Assembly (NCBI GenBank): GCA_038882955.1
Contig: JAVZNC010000006.1
Location: forward strand, 16,442 to 80,441
Direction of reading: 5' to 3'
DNA: 64,000 bases
DNA from: Candidatus Bathyarchaeia archaeon
GTDB lineage: Archaea > Thermoproteota > Bathyarchaeia > Bathyarchaeales > Bathycorpusculaceae
The notes beneath the pieces were generated by a model. That model had not been told where the DNA came from. It saw only the letters and a program-made list of their open reading frames with translations, and ran no database searches. The stretch's first letter is position 1. Each line of letters begins with the position of its first letter. Below are positions 9,073 to 19,594 of this stretch, one piece after another. The position numbers and the translations under genes were made by a program.

Positions 9073-10836
9073 TTACGATTCTAGAGGCTTGCCTAAATCC
9101 TCAAAATTTATTTTCCACCTAAAATATTCATGCAAAAGTTTGGGCAAATTCCTGATTGCTGTTCTGACTTGTTTCCAAGTGTCTCTGTCGCGAATTGTAA
9201 CAGTGTCTTCTTTTAGCGTTTCATAATCAACAGTTATGCCCAATGGTATGCCAACTTCGTCGGCGCGTGCATACCGTCTACCAATAGAACCTGCATCATC
9301 ATATTCCGCGGTGAAGCCCTCGTCCACCAAAAATTTATGCAGCTCCAACGCCTTTTCGGGTATTCCATCCTTGTTGACTAGTGGATAAACGCCAAGCTGT
9401 ATTGGCGTTATGTCTCTTGGAAAACTTAAAATTGTTCTATCATCCTTCACGCAATAAGCGTATTCAAGTGTCACGTAAAAAAGCCTATCCGAGCCGAAAC
9501 TTGGTTCAACAACGTGCGGAATAAAGCGTTTCCCACGTTCAACAACTTTTTGGCGAACTATTTCCACATGTTCAGGCAGAATCTTGTATTTTCCGATGTC
9601 GTAGTAGCCGTTTTTGCTTAATGCTGCCTCAACCTCTCTTGGGTCGGCTTTTGAAAGCATTTCCAAAACCTTTGCAGTTTCATCTTTGTAGATTGGTCCA
9701 AGCTTCGCCACCAACGGTTTTATTATAAGCTGCTCTTTCTCTACTGGTTTTTCATATTCCTTGTAGATGCGCATGTCTTCGCCACTGAATTCCATGTGCC
9801 TCTTCAAATCATAATCCGTTCTATAAGCGTGCCCAGAAACTTCAACCCATCCCCAACGTTCAACGTAGACTTGCTGGTCGAAACTTTGAAGCGAGTAGTG
9901 GGCTCTTTCCCATGGAAGCTTCTCTATGAAACGTTGCTTTTCTTCTGGAACACCCAAATCGCATAGAAGCCTCTTCGCGTAAGCCATGAAAACTGCTTGC
10001 CACTCCGCTTTAATGTAGCTTTTAGCCAACGCATCCTTTACGGCTAATTCTGTTATTTGCTCCGAGCCCTTCAGTTTGTGTTCGGCCAAGACCAGTCTTA
10101 ACTTTTCATTTTCTACTTCCTTTAGCAAGTGGCAGTTTGGCTCTTCTGGATCGAAGAAGAACTCCAAATCGGCTATTGTGAACTCTCTCAGCCTTATTAG
10201 GCTCTGTCTTGGTGATATCTCGTTCCGCAACGCATGACCAATCTGCAAAACGCCGAATGGAATTTTCTCCCTAGCCATCTCGTAGAGGCGTTTAAATTCT
10301 ACGAATATTCCCTGTGCTGCTTCTGGTCTGCCATAACCCACGGTTTCAGAGTACGGACCTATAGTGGTTTGGAACATCGTTAGAAAATGTTTTGGCTCGC
10401 CCAGTTCTCCATTACATTCTGGACATCGAACGTTATTCTTTTCAATAGCCGCTTGTATCTCCTTTAAGCTCATTTTCTCCGTTTCAGTTTCACCCATCCC
10501 AGCGAACTCTTGAAGCAAATGGTCGGCGCGAAATTTTTTCTTGCATTTTAAACATTCAACCATCGGCTCTTTGAAGTGCTCAACATGTCCAGAAGCCTCG
10601 AAAACCTCGCTTGGAGCAATTATTGGAGACTCGATTTCCAAAACTCCAAGCTTATTCACAAAGAGTTCCCGAAGTTTCTTCTCAATGTTCTGTTTGAGCT
10701 TTGCCCCAATCGGCCCGTAGGTTGCGAAACCTCCAACTCCACCATATATTTCATAAGATTGCCAGAAAAAGCCTCTTCTACGTGCTAGCTCGCTGATCAA
10801 AGTGAATTTGTCTTGCCGTTTTATCTCATTTGCCAA
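9073..10836 (-). CDS. glyS: Glycine--tRNA ligase (alpha2 type)
   Basis: RRRGFFW...YGG, RPEAAQGIF, RNEISPRQ..IRLREF, HVVEPSFG, GSIGRRYARADEVG. Confidence 0.95.
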   Translation of the reverse strand: MANEIKRQDKFTLISELARRRGFFWQSYEIYGGVGGFATYGPIGAKLKQNIEKKLRELFVNKLGVLEIESPIIAPSEVFEASGHVEHFKEPMVECLKCKKKFRADHLLQEFAGMGETETEKMSLKEIQAAIEKNNVRCPECNGELGEPKHFLTMFQTTIGPYSETVGYGRPEAAQGIFVEFKRLYEMAREKIPFGVLQIGHALRNEISPRQSLIRLREFTIADLEFFFDPEEPNCHLLKEVENEKLRLVLAEHKLKGSEQITELAVKDALAKSYIKAEWQAVFMAYAKRLLCDLGVPEEKQRFIEKLPWERAHYSLQSFDQQVYVERWGWVEVSGHAYRTDYDLKRHMEFSGEDMRIYKEYEKPVEKEQLIIKPLVAKLGPIYKDETAKVLEMLSKADPREVEAALSKNGYYDIGKYKILPEHVEIVRQKVVERGKRFIPHVVEPSFGSDRLFYVTLEYAYCVKDDRTILSFPRDITPIQLGVYPLVNKDGIPEKALELHKFLVDEGFTAEYDDAGSIGRRYARADEVGIPLGITVDYETLKEDTVTIRDRDTWKQVRTAIRNLPKLLHEYFRWKINFEDLGKPLES

Positions 10837-10891
10837 TTCAGTTCAGCCTCTCTAAGCTCTTTAAGCCTAAGCCTTACCCACAGCATAAGTG

Positions 10892-11143
10892 TTATTCTAG
10901 CTTTAAATGTTCAGCTATTTTCGCTTTCCTCATTTTGCCATTTTCGTCGACTTGAAACTCAAGCATAACTCTATCCGTTGCATTCTTTTTGCTGTTAAAT
11001 TCTGCTCCGCAGCATCCACACTCAATGTCAGACTCCATTTCAACAATGTACCATGAAGCATCAACATAAAAGCGTCCACAATTTGGACAACGCAAAACAG
11101 CCACGTCCAAGTAGGCTTTCATTTCTAACATCCCCTTATGCAT
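10892..11143 (-). CDS. Small zinc-ribbon protein
   Basis: CPNCG and CGCCG knuckles; co-oriented upstream of glyS. Confidence 0.65.
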   Translation of the reverse strand: MHKGMLEMKAYLDVAVLRCPNCGRFYVDASWYIVEMESDIECGCCGAEFNSKKNATDRVMLEFQVDENGKMRKAKIAEHLKLE

Positions 11144-11336
11144 TAAAGAGCAAAATTAATAGTAAAGTTTTAGTTTGAACCGAATTACGCTGCTATTTTT
11201 AGCTAAACGTGATGGGCGCCAAGTTATAATACATGTGCCTATTGAAAAACTAGCACTCCAGCCATTTCAATCTTAACCTTGAGCCGTGTTGAAGCATAGT
11301 GTTTTATAAAGCGGTCGTGAAATATGAAATGCAAGT

Positions 11337-12413
11337 TTGGAGGCGTCAAAATTGTCGAAGATAAAAGTGGCCATAGTGGGTGTTGGAAACTGTGCATCCG
11401 CTTTAATTCAGGGCTTAAGATATTATTGCAACTGTGAAAGAGCGGAAGAAAGCCTGGGATTGCGCCACCTTTTTTTGGGAGGCTTTCATCCTAGAGACAT
11501 ACAAGTTGTTGCGGCATTCGACATAGACAGCCGAAAAGTTGGAACAGACTTGGCTCAGGCAATATTTGCGCATCCAAATAACGCTCCAAAAATACTTGAT
11601 GTTCCACTGACGGGCATAATGGTGCAAAAGGGTCCAGTTTTGGATGGAGTTGGCGAATACACAAAGAAAGTGATTCAAATAAGCAGTCAGCCAGAAGCAA
11701 ATGTTAAAAGGGCTCTTGAAGAAAGCGGTGCCGAGGTTCTGTTAAACTTGCTTCCGAGCGGAGCCTTTAAAGCCTCGCAGTGGTATGCTGAGCAAGCATT
11801 AAGCGCCGGATGCGCCTTCATCAACGCAACACCAGTCTTTATAGCAAGCGACAAAGCGTGGGCTGGAAAGTTTGAGAATGCTGGACTTCCAGTTGTGGGT
11901 GACGATTTAGTCGACCAAGTTGGAGCGACAACTTTGCATAAGACTCTGTTGAGGCTCTTATCAATGCATGGTGTTCGCATAACTGAAACTTATCAACTTG
12001 ATGTTGGCGGAGGAACAGAATCATTGGATACTTTGGAGCGTACAAGAGAGGTTAAGCGCACTGTTAAAACGCGTTCTGTTGAGGCTGCCTTGCCATATAA
12101 GGCAGAGGTTGTTGCCGGTTCAATGGACTATGTTGATTTTCTAGACAACAGAAGGGACAGTTACTTCTGGATTAGGGGTGTGTACTTCTGCGGCACGCCC
12201 ATGCAAATAGACTTAAAACTTTCAACGATTGACGCGCCCAACGCTGGTTCGGTTCTCTTCGACGTAATAAGAGCTGTGAAAATCTCCCTAGAGAGGGGAG
12301 TAAAAGGGGCTGTGCTGCCGGTTTGCGCCTATGCCTTCAAAAATCCGCCTAAACTCCTGCCAATCGAAGAAGCTGAAAAAATGTTTTACGATTTTGTCTC
12401 TGGAAACATTTAG
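11337..12413 (+). CDS. Myo-inositol-1-phosphate synthase family protein (divergent)
   Basis: VAIVGVGNCASAL, VAAFDID.RKVG.DL, GDD...QVGAT..H, FKNPP. Confidence 0.85.
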   Translation: MEASKLSKIKVAIVGVGNCASALIQGLRYYCNCERAEESLGLRHLFLGGFHPRDIQVVAAFDIDSRKVGTDLAQAIFAHPNNAPKILDVPLTGIMVQKGPVLDGVGEYTKKVIQISSQPEANVKRALEESGAEVLLNLLPSGAFKASQWYAEQALSAGCAFINATPVFIASDKAWAGKFENAGLPVVGDDLVDQVGATTLHKTLLRLLSMHGVRITETYQLDVGGGTESLDTLERTREVKRTVKTRSVEAALPYKAEVVAGSMDYVDFLDNRRDSYFWIRGVYFCGTPMQIDLKLSTIDAPNAGSVLFDVIRAVKISLERGVKGAVLPVCAYAFKNPPKLLPIEEAEKMFYDFVSGNI

Positions 12414-13528
12414 CTATTAGTATTTACAAGTTTCTGCAGTTCACTTATCACTTTTTCTTTAACGCCAACGCTCTTCATTTTTTCCTTCAAAAATGCTATA
12501 GTTTTGACTGGCGTTGGGTCTAAACCGCGAAGTATGGCTAAGTAAACTGACACGAAGTCGCCTACGCAGATGGCGGATAGCATCCTAGCCAAAACGCTTT
12601 TGCCGACGCCGTGCATCTCAAAAGTTTTGACAGATGCCCTGCTCATCAGTTCTTGTGTGGTTATAATTCTTTCGCGTATGGCTTCTGGTTCATAGGCGTC
12701 TCTGAGGAAAATAACTGAGAAAAGCTTTGCAAGTTCAAGTGCGGATTCCCAGCCGACAATTTCGTTATGGTTAAGTTCTGGGAAAGTTTCCCATTTTGAC
12801 GGAATCTTGCTGTTTTCGTTAAATTGTTGTTTAAGGCGTTGGGCAACTGCACGGTAGATGCCAAAGCCGTAAATTACTGGAACTGTTCCGCAAATGTCTA
12901 AGGCGAGTTTCTTGGAAAAGTTCTCTTTTAAAGGCTTGTCTGGAGCATTTGCAGCGCCTATGTCCTTCAACAAACTCAGGGTTTCCGAAATTTCAGAGTA
13001 GACTCCAGAAACCAAGTCAATCTTCTCCATAAGTATCGGTAAGGGTATGAACAAGTAGGGAAGCGCTGCCCTCGGGGCGATGCCAGAAGGAACAGTTAAA
13101 TGTGGCACTTCCATTTTTTCCGCGAATTTTTGCAGAGTGCCGCCAGAGCTTATGCATACAGTCATACACTTCTTTTTGATGGCGTCCAAGTAGGCGCTTA
13201 GCGACTCTTCTGTTTCTCCAGAATAGCTAATGACAAAGACAAGTGTTTTGCGGCTTGCATATGCTGGTAGGAAATATTCGCGGCAAACTTCGATTGGAAC
13301 AGCGATTTTCTCCCTAGCCCAGTCCTTCAGCAGTTCGCCGCCTATGGCGGAGCCACCCATACCAGCAACAATTATCGTTTCAGGTTTTGGATAGCTTAAC
13401 TTCATGTTCTTCGCTAGTTTTGCTGCTTCTGTACAGTGCTTTGCGAAGTTAACGCAGAAGGAAAGCATATCTTTTTTGTCAATTTTCCTAATCTCGTTTG
13501 GGTCGTCAAGAACGGTGGTTCTTGTCAA
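12410..13528 (-). CDS. Bifunctional phosphoglucose/phosphomannose isomerase
   Basis: GMGGSAIGG, SYSGETEE, PRAA, QFNENSK, PELNHNEIVG, DPTPV. Confidence 0.92.
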   Translation of the reverse strand: MTRTTVLDDPNEIRKIDKKDMLSFCVNFAKHCTEAAKLAKNMKLSYPKPETIIVAGMGGSAIGGELLKDWAREKIAVPIEVCREYFLPAYASRKTLVFVISYSGETEESLSAYLDAIKKKCMTVCISSGGTLQKFAEKMEVPHLTVPSGIAPRAALPYLFIPLPILMEKIDLVSGVYSEISETLSLLKDIGAANAPDKPLKENFSKKLALDICGTVPVIYGFGIYRAVAQRLKQQFNENSKIPSKWETFPELNHNEIVGWESALELAKLFSVIFLRDAYEPEAIRERIITTQELMSRASVKTFEMHGVGKSVLARMLSAICVGDFVSVYLAILRGLDPTPVKTIAFLKEKMKSVGVKEKVISELQKLVNTNS

Positions 13529-13637
13529 TTTGTTTCACCCTTTAAACTTCGCTGCATAACCTATTATGTTTTAGGCTATTTATCAAATCTTTTAAGCAAA
13601 ATCAACCAATTATCATATTTCATTAGGAGAGCAAGCT

Positions 13638-14495
13638 TTGAAGAAAAAATTTTCCATAGCTATACCAGCATCCGTTGTTTCCGACACTCCGCATTTACGC
13701 GAAAAAACAGCAAAGGTGGGATTAATTGGAAGGGCAGCAGCAATCTTTAGGGTTGACGAAATCATAATTTACATGGACAATCCGAATGTTAGACAAGCGG
13801 CAGACATGGACTTGGTTGCCACTCTGCTCGCTTATATGGAAACTCCGCAGTACTTGAGAAAACGGCTTTTCAAGCTGAAGCCGCAATTGAAGTATGCTGG
13901 AGTGTTGCCGCCGCTTAGAACGCCACATCATCCGTTGAACCGCAGAATAAGGGACTTGAGGGTTGGCGAATACCGTGAAGGCGTAACAGTGTCAAGCGAC
14001 AAGGACGGTACAAGAGTTGACATCGGCGTGGAGAAGACAGCGCTAATTCCTAATAGGCAAATAGCCAAAAACCAACGCCTAACAGTCAAAGTTACGAGGA
14101 TTGATGGGCAAGTTGAAGTAGCCGTTGCAAGTCGCGAAGAGATACCCTGTTATTGGGGTTACGATGTTGTTGCTGAAAGGAAAACTCTTGGAAAACTGTT
14201 GAAAGAAAAAGATTTCGACTTGATAATTGCAACCTCAAAATATGGTGTCCCATTTTCAGACACCGCTGAGGATATGGGCAGACGATGGGAAAAAGCCGAA
14301 AGCATGCTGTTGATTTTTGGAGCCCCAACGCAAGGACTGTACGAAATAGCGAGGTTGGAGGGACTCGCCCTAGACGACATTGTGGATTTTGTTGTTAATA
14401 CAATTCCTATGCAAGGAACGGAAACCGTCAGAACAGAGGAGGCGATAATGGCTACTTTGGCGATTTTTAACATCACATTCGCTTCTAAGGTTTAA
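13638..14495 (+). CDS. SPOUT-class RNA methyltransferase (DUF171/SPOUT1 family)
   Basis: SIAIPAS, RAAAIFRVDEI, ETPQYLRK, LPPLRTPHH, QGTETVRTEEA. Confidence 0.9.
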   Translation: MKKKFSIAIPASVVSDTPHLREKTAKVGLIGRAAAIFRVDEIIIYMDNPNVRQAADMDLVATLLAYMETPQYLRKRLFKLKPQLKYAGVLPPLRTPHHPLNRRIRDLRVGEYREGVTVSSDKDGTRVDIGVEKTALIPNRQIAKNQRLTVKVTRIDGQVEVAVASREEIPCYWGYDVVAERKTLGKLLKEKDFDLIIATSKYGVPFSDTAEDMGRRWEKAESMLLIFGAPTQGLYEIARLEGLALDDIVDFVVNTIPMQGTETVRTEEAIMATLAIFNITFASKV

Positions 14496-14499
14496 ATGT

Positions 14500-15552
14500 T
14501 TGTTTTCATATTTTGCATCTATGCGATTCGACATCGCCATGCCCCTAACGTTATTCGCGGTTACACTGATAGCAGTGATGCTTAACGAGAGAAGCGAGGG
14601 AAAACTGAAAAAGTCTTTGGAAGAGAGAAAATTCGGCACTAAAGATGCTGTCCTGTTAGTAGCAGCAATAAGCATAACAGTTTCCCTAATCGTTTTTGTT
14701 CCACAAACCGCCGTTATGACAGTGTTCCTATTCTCTTATTCCATGCTCCTTTTCCTATTCACCTACATCTTCTCAGACATTTCAAAGCCAAAAGCAAAAG
14801 CATTCTTCCTAACATTTTTCGTCGTTTCCCTAGTAGCCGCCATAACAAGCCTTTTCAAATTCGGCGCAAACATCATGGTGGCTTACGGCGGATTAGCCCT
14901 AATATGTCTATCAAGTTTCGCCTTCGTTGCTTTCTTGTACGAAAATGTGCGGGAAAGCACGAAAGAAAGGTTTTATATGGCGGTATTGCCGCCAGCACTT
15001 TTCCTCTGCCTATACTTGTTTTTCAGCGGAACTCCCGCATGGTTTCCCTACCTTATAAACGCTTATGGAGTGATATTCGCAGTACTCGTAATAATCTACA
15101 TTGGAAGCGTGTTTACGTGGAAAACGACACTAATCTTTGTTGGATTGTTAACACTTATGGACGTAATCCTAGTCCTATTCACTGGCACAATGGTTTCCGC
15201 GGCAAGACACGTTTCAAGTTTAAGGCTACCCATACTAGTAACAATACCAATAGTCCCAACAATCATGGTTAACGGCAGCACACTTTACATGTCTTTAGGC
15301 TTAGGAGACTTCTTCTTCGCCGGAATAATCGGAATACAAACAGCGAAGAAATTCGGCAAAAAAACAATGCTATGGTCAATAGCCGCCATGTGCTTATCCT
15401 TCTTTGCATTTGAAACATTCATACTTAACACTGAACTGAGAGCCTTTCCAGGCACATTAATGATTGTGTGCGGTTGGATACCAATCGCAGTTTGGAAAAG
15501 CATCAAAAGTGAAGAGAAACACACCAAAGGTTTAACCGAACAATGCTCCTAA
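14500..15552 (+). CDS. Presenilin/signal-peptide-peptidase-like GxGD intramembrane aspartyl protease
   Basis: Multi-TM protein; LMDVILV and LGLGDFF aspartate motifs; AFPG at PAL-motif position. Confidence 0.75.
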   Translation: MFSYFASMRFDIAMPLTLFAVTLIAVMLNERSEGKLKKSLEERKFGTKDAVLLVAAISITVSLIVFVPQTAVMTVFLFSYSMLLFLFTYIFSDISKPKAKAFFLTFFVVSLVAAITSLFKFGANIMVAYGGLALICLSSFAFVAFLYENVRESTKERFYMAVLPPALFLCLYLFFSGTPAWFPYLINAYGVIFAVLVIIYIGSVFTWKTTLIFVGLLTLMDVILVLFTGTMVSAARHVSSLRLPILVTIPIVPTIMVNGSTLYMSLGLGDFFFAGIIGIQTAKKFGKKTMLWSIAAMCLSFFAFETFILNTELRAFPGTLMIVCGWIPIAVWKSIKSEEKHTKGLTEQCS

Positions 15553-15855
15553 TCCTTCTAGGGCTTCTTCCTCTTTGGCTTTTTCTTCCTCGGTCTTTTT
15601 CTTCTTCTCTTCCTCTTTCGGTTTAGCCTCCGCCGGCTGCGCCGCTGCAGCAGTTGGCGCCGTCACTGGAGCCATCATTGTTGGAGCTGATTTTATTGCT
15701 TCTTCAATGTTGACTTCTGCTAGGGAGGCGACAAGCGCTTTAACGCGAACTGCATCAACATTTATTCCCGCGGCTGACAAAACCTGTGTTAGGTTTTCTT
15801 CATTTATGGGTTTTCCAGCCTTGTGGAGGAGCATTGCAGCGTAAATGTACTCCAT
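15532..15855 (-). CDS. rpl12: 50S ribosomal protein P1 (L12)
   Basis: [11 protein letters not shown] start, Ala hinge, [13 protein letters not shown] end. Confidence 0.97.
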   Translation of the reverse strand: MEYIYAAMLLHKAGKPINEENLTQVLSAAGINVDAVRVKALVASLAEVNIEEAIKSAPTMMAPVTAPTAAAAQPAEAKPKEEEKKKKTEEEKAKEEEALEGLGALFG

Positions 15856-15893
15856 ATCTTTTCACCTCTTCATTCCAAATACTTTCAACCTTT

Positions 15894-16787
15894 TTAAGGC
15901 TTTTCACTCGAAACGGCTTTTTCCTCTAAATTTGGCAGTCTACTACTTAAACTTAACATCTGCATGTTCGCCTTTCTAATCAAATCCCCTATCGTTTCCT
16001 TTGTCGGTATAGCAGCGTTCATTGCAAGAGCGTATGCCTTTTGATGGGCAATTTGCAAAAGGACTATGACGTTTTCTCGGGTTGGATAAGCCACGCTTAA
16101 GGACAATGCAAAAGCGTCGCAATGCGCCCTTTCAATGTCTTGTTTTACGCCATTAATGTCTAGTTGGAGATGCTCCTGAGTTATTATTAAGCCATCGTCG
16201 TATACCACTTTCATTGAAAGTCCAGCTTCAACAGGCTTTATTCCAAGCTTCGACAATACGCTTGCCAACCGCTCATCAATAACCTCGCCTTTCCTTACAA
16301 CTAACGTGTCCTTGCTAATCCAGACACTTCCAGATTCGATTCGCGTAGGCAAACCAACAGCGTTCAACTGGCTTATGATTGGACCTGGAGGCTGTCCAGT
16401 GTTTCCAGCTGGCACTATAACGTCGAAGGCTGCTATGTCGCCTGCTTTGGCTGTTGTTTTAACTTTGCTCTTTTCGAGGATGAGCGCTAACGTGAATGGA
16501 TTTAAGTCGGTGAACAAGTACACGTTTGAGTTTGTTAAATGTTCGCAGAGTTTCTTTAGTTCCGGCTTTTCCTTGCAGTTTTCAATTGCAATCTTTATCA
16601 ACGTGTTCTTTATAACTTTCATGTAAACTTTGTCTGCCAAGCTTTTCTTGAGTTCTTGAAGTTGTGAAGCCCTAACCTTCTGCAGTCCAGCAACGCCGAT
16701 AACCCTATATCGCGTTAGAAGTTGCTTTATCCTCTCAACTTCGTCGACCTTTTCTTGTAGTACTTGTTGAGACGGCATTGCTTTCAT
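15894..16787 (-). CDS. rpl10: 50S ribosomal protein uL10 (P0)
   Basis: KVIKNTL, AKAGDIA..D..VPAGNTGQPPGP, KLGIKP; operon position. Confidence 0.95.
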   Translation of the reverse strand: MKAMPSQQVLQEKVDEVERIKQLLTRYRVIGVAGLQKVRASQLQELKKSLADKVYMKVIKNTLIKIAIENCKEKPELKKLCEHLTNSNVYLFTDLNPFTLALILEKSKVKTTAKAGDIAAFDVIVPAGNTGQPPGPIISQLNAVGLPTRIESGSVWISKDTLVVRKGEVIDERLASVLSKLGIKPVEAGLSMKVVYDDGLIITQEHLQLDINGVKQDIERAHCDAFALSLSVAYPTRENVIVLLQIAHQKAYALAMNAAIPTKETIGDLIRKANMQMLSLSSRLPNLEEKAVSSEKP

Positions 16788-16791
16788 CTCT

Positions 16792-17442
16792 TTATGGCTT
16801 AATTTTAACGGGGGAGCCCATTGTCGTTTTTATGTAGGCGAACTTGATGTTCTTAATTCCCTTTTTAAGTTTTCCCTCAACAGCCCTCAAAATAGCCAGA
16901 ATGTTTTCGGCTATTTCTTCTTCCTTCATATTTTCCGTGCCAACGCAACATTGCAAAACCGGCTGGTTGCGCATCCTAACAACAACAGTTTTACGATGTT
17001 TCGCCAGCAAACTTTCAATATCCGCTGTAGGCGGAACGGGAATCGGCATTTTGCCGCGCGGACCCAAAACTGGACCCAAAACCTTGCCCACGAGAGGCAT
17101 TAATGGGGCCTCGGCAATGAAGAAGTCATAATCGTTTGCAATTTTCCGCAGTTCCTTTTTCTTACCAGCCAGTCCCTCAAGTTCTGGCTTTTCAATAACA
17201 AGGTCGGCATTCGCCCTTTTCGCTTTAAGTGCAAGCTCACCAGAAGCTATGACGCATATTTTATTCTGCTTTTCTGACGAGTGGGGCAGTTCAATTATTT
17301 CTTGAAGTTTTCCTTCAGAGGATTTCATGTCAATGTCTTTTAGGCTTAGAACAAGCTCTATTGATTGGGAGAAATTCCTTTTCTTCGACTTCTCCTTTGC
17401 TTCTTTAACTGCACTTAAAATTGTTTTCTGGTCTAGAGGCAT
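16792..17442 (-). CDS. rpl1: 50S ribosomal protein uL1
   Basis: KRNFSQSIEL, LGPVLGPRGKMP, KTTMG. Confidence 0.96.
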   Translation of the reverse strand: MPLDQKTILSAVKEAKEKSKKRNFSQSIELVLSLKDIDMKSSEGKLQEIIELPHSSEKQNKICVIASGELALKAKRANADLVIEKPELEGLAGKKKELRKIANDYDFFIAEAPLMPLVGKVLGPVLGPRGKMPIPVPPTADIESLLAKHRKTVVVRMRNQPVLQCCVGTENMKEEEIAENILAILRAVEGKLKKGIKNIKFAYIKTTMGSPVKIKP

Positions 17443-17493
17443 TTCAGCGACCCCGCGCCAAAAAGGAAATGTAAAGCGCTTATAAAAGTGTTC

Positions 17494-17988
17494 TTATCCC
17501 TCACTTTTGCTAAGTACTTGGTCATACTTGCCCTCATCGATTTCCGCCTGAACCTCTTTGGGGTCTTTGCCCTCGACGGTTACACCCATGCTGACGCAAC
17601 TGCCCAAAACTTCTTTAACAGCACCCTTCAAAGTTTTTGCCAGCAGCTCATGGCGCTTAATCTTAGCTATACGTATAACTTGCTCCATAGTCAAATTCCC
17701 AACCTTCTGCGTCTTGGGAGCACCAGAACCCTTCTCAATCTTAAGCTCGCTCACAATCAAAGCCGAAGTCGTCGGCGTTCCAACACTCACTTCAAAGGCT
17801 TTGGTTTCAGGGTCAACTGCAACCTTCACTGGAACCTTCATTCCAGCATAATCCTTCGTAAGCTCGTTTATCTTGTTCACAATAGCCATAACGTTAACGC
17901 CCAAAGGTCCCAAAGCTGGACCGAGTGGCGGTCCGGCGGTGGCTTGTCCTCCGCTGACGAGCAGCTCAACAACCTTTTTCTCGCCCAT
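17494..17988 (-). CDS. rpl11: 50S ribosomal protein uL11
   Basis: [28 protein letters not shown]. Confidence 0.97.
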   Translation of the reverse strand: MGEKKVVELLVSGGQATAGPPLGPALGPLGVNVMAIVNKINELTKDYAGMKVPVKVAVDPETKAFEVSVGTPTTSALIVSELKIEKGSGAPKTQKVGNLTMEQVIRIAKIKRHELLAKTLKGAVKEVLGSCVSMGVTVEGKDPKEVQAEIDEGKYDQVLSKSEG

Positions 17989-17991
17989 TTC

Positions 17992-18483
17992 CTATTCCTC
18001 ACCTTTTGTTTCTGCTTCTGCTTTTGCAACAAGCTTCACATAGTCAGAATGCACGGTTATAGGCAAGGTGAATGTGGCTTCAAGCAGTTCTAATGTAACT
18101 TCCTCCTTTGCCTTGTCTACGCGGGTTATTTTTGCACGCATGCCCTTGAATGGCCCGCCTGTGATTTCTACAATTTGGTTTTCGCTTAATTCCTCAATAA
18201 TTGGCTTTCTGACAATGTATTTTTCGATTTCAGCGAAGTTCACAAACTCTGTTCGCATTCCACGTACGTGCCTTACGCCTTCTATTGCCCTCTGCACAAT
18301 ATGTGGGCCTTCAGCCTCTATGAAGATGAATCCCCGCAAAGTTTCTGGTACAAGGATTGCTTTTACTGGAATTTTGTTCATTTCGACCTTTGCAGCCACA
18401 AGTTTGGCTACGTTTCTCTCTTGTCCAGTTGTTGTCTTTACAGCGAAAATTTTTGTTGGTGTTTCTTCGACTTTCTTCTCCAT
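17992..18483 (-). CDS. spt5: Transcription elongation factor Spt5 (NusG)
   Basis: FAVKTTTGQE NGN domain; VEITGGPFKG KOW motif. Confidence 0.95.
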   Translation of the reverse strand: MEKKVEETPTKIFAVKTTTGQERNVAKLVAAKVEMNKIPVKAILVPETLRGFIFIEAEGPHIVQRAIEGVRHVRGMRTEFVNFAEIEKYIVRKPIIEELSENQIVEITGGPFKGMRAKITRVDKAKEEVTLELLEATFTLPITVHSDYVKLVAKAEAETKGEE

Positions 18484-18496
18484 TGTTTTCTCCTTC

Positions 18497-18670
18497 TTAC
18501 GCTCCGCCCATTAGGGCTGAAGCCAACATTTTAATTATAAATCCTAGTACGCCTATTACGCCTAAACCTAGAAAGCATATTTTTATTGATAGCCAAAGCT
18601 CGCTTTTATCTGGTTTTATTGCGAGTTTTAATGTTCTCGCGCATTGGGATAGGAATGACCTTAAGCCCAT
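18497..18670 (-). CDS. secE: Protein translocase SecE / Sec61-gamma
   Basis: RTLKLAIKPDKSEL followed by GLGVIGVLGFII TM helix; upstream of spt5. Confidence 0.9.
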   Translation of the reverse strand: MGLRSFLSQCARTLKLAIKPDKSELWLSIKICFLGLGVIGVLGFIIKMLASALMGGA

Positions 18671-18769
18671 GGTTCTTCCCAAACTCAACACTTTAAATCT
18701 GATATAAAGGTTACTGTAAATCCAAGCATTAATAATTATTTAAGCCCATTTCTATTAAATTTTCCCGTT

Positions 18770-19594
18770 CTAAACTTTCTCATACCTAAGCCCAACCTCA
18801 TCAAGCAGTTGAACTACTTTCGGCTTATCCTCGCCCTTTATCCCCTTCCAGTCCAAAACAGCATATTCAGCCTTCTCAAAGGTTTTCTCTACGCATTGCT
18901 TAAGAATTTCAGAGTCCACCTGTGGAATGGCGTACTTTGGAATTATGTGGCCGAAGGCTATTTCGCTTTCGATGGCTATCCTCGTAAACTTCGCATTATA
19001 GTGCGGTCCGCCTATTCCAAGAACTGCCTTAGCCTTAGACACGCCAAAATTTGCTATTGCATTCATTACTGCGTTGGCAACTGCTTCTGCTGCCCTCAAA
19101 TCAGACCATTGTTTTGGAGAGCTGCCCAGTTCAGCAAACATTGTTGGCACATTTAATGATGGTCCATGATGGGTGCATTCATAGCAAACATCGTACTGCA
19201 GCTGCATTTTCTCTTTAAGTTGCGCCATACTCAGCAGAGTATCTCTCATGGTGTTGGCTGGCGAAACAGAAACGTTTCTTGGAAGTCCGCCAAATTCCGC
19301 TTTGCCCAAATTTCCTGGAGTGTGCACAGAAAGCGTTGGGGTTCCGCTTTCGCTGCTGTGCCTCGAAATAAAAATCGCAAGTTCTGGATTCGCGAAAAAA
19401 TCTGTGAGGTTTTGGGCGTAAATAGACTCTTGGTTTAAAGTTACAAGTTTAACAGCAAAACTGTTAATTTTGGTTTCGTAAACTGGATTTTCGTCGAAGA
19501 TTTCGCTTTTCCTTTTAAAAGGATAGCGTTTTAGGATTTGTTTTGCTATGTTCAAGCTCGCAATGTCCTTGTTTGACGCAATAATTAAGATTAT
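18770..19594 (-). CDS. dtdA: D-aminoacyl-tRNA deacylase (archaeal DTD2); probable ATA start at 19594
   Basis: FISRHSS, LSVHTPGN, ECTHHGP, ELGS, GGPHY, GHIIPKY; frame extends 13 codons upstream of the track TTG to give (M)ILIIASNKDIASLNIAKQ after AGGAGGGGG. Confidence 0.9.
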   Translation of the reverse strand: MILIIASNKDIASLNIAKQILKRYPFKRKSEIFDENPVYETKINSFAVKLVTLNQESIYAQNLTDFFANPELAIFISRHSSESGTPTLSVHTPGNLGKAEFGGLPRNVSVSPANTMRDTLLSMAQLKEKMQLQYDVCYECTHHGPSLNVPTMFAELGSSPKQWSDLRAAEAVANAVMNAIANFGVSKAKAVLGIGGPHYNAKFTRIAIESEIAFGHIIPKYAIPQVDSEILKQCVEKTFEKAEYAVLDWKGIKGEDKPKVVQLLDEVGLRYEKV

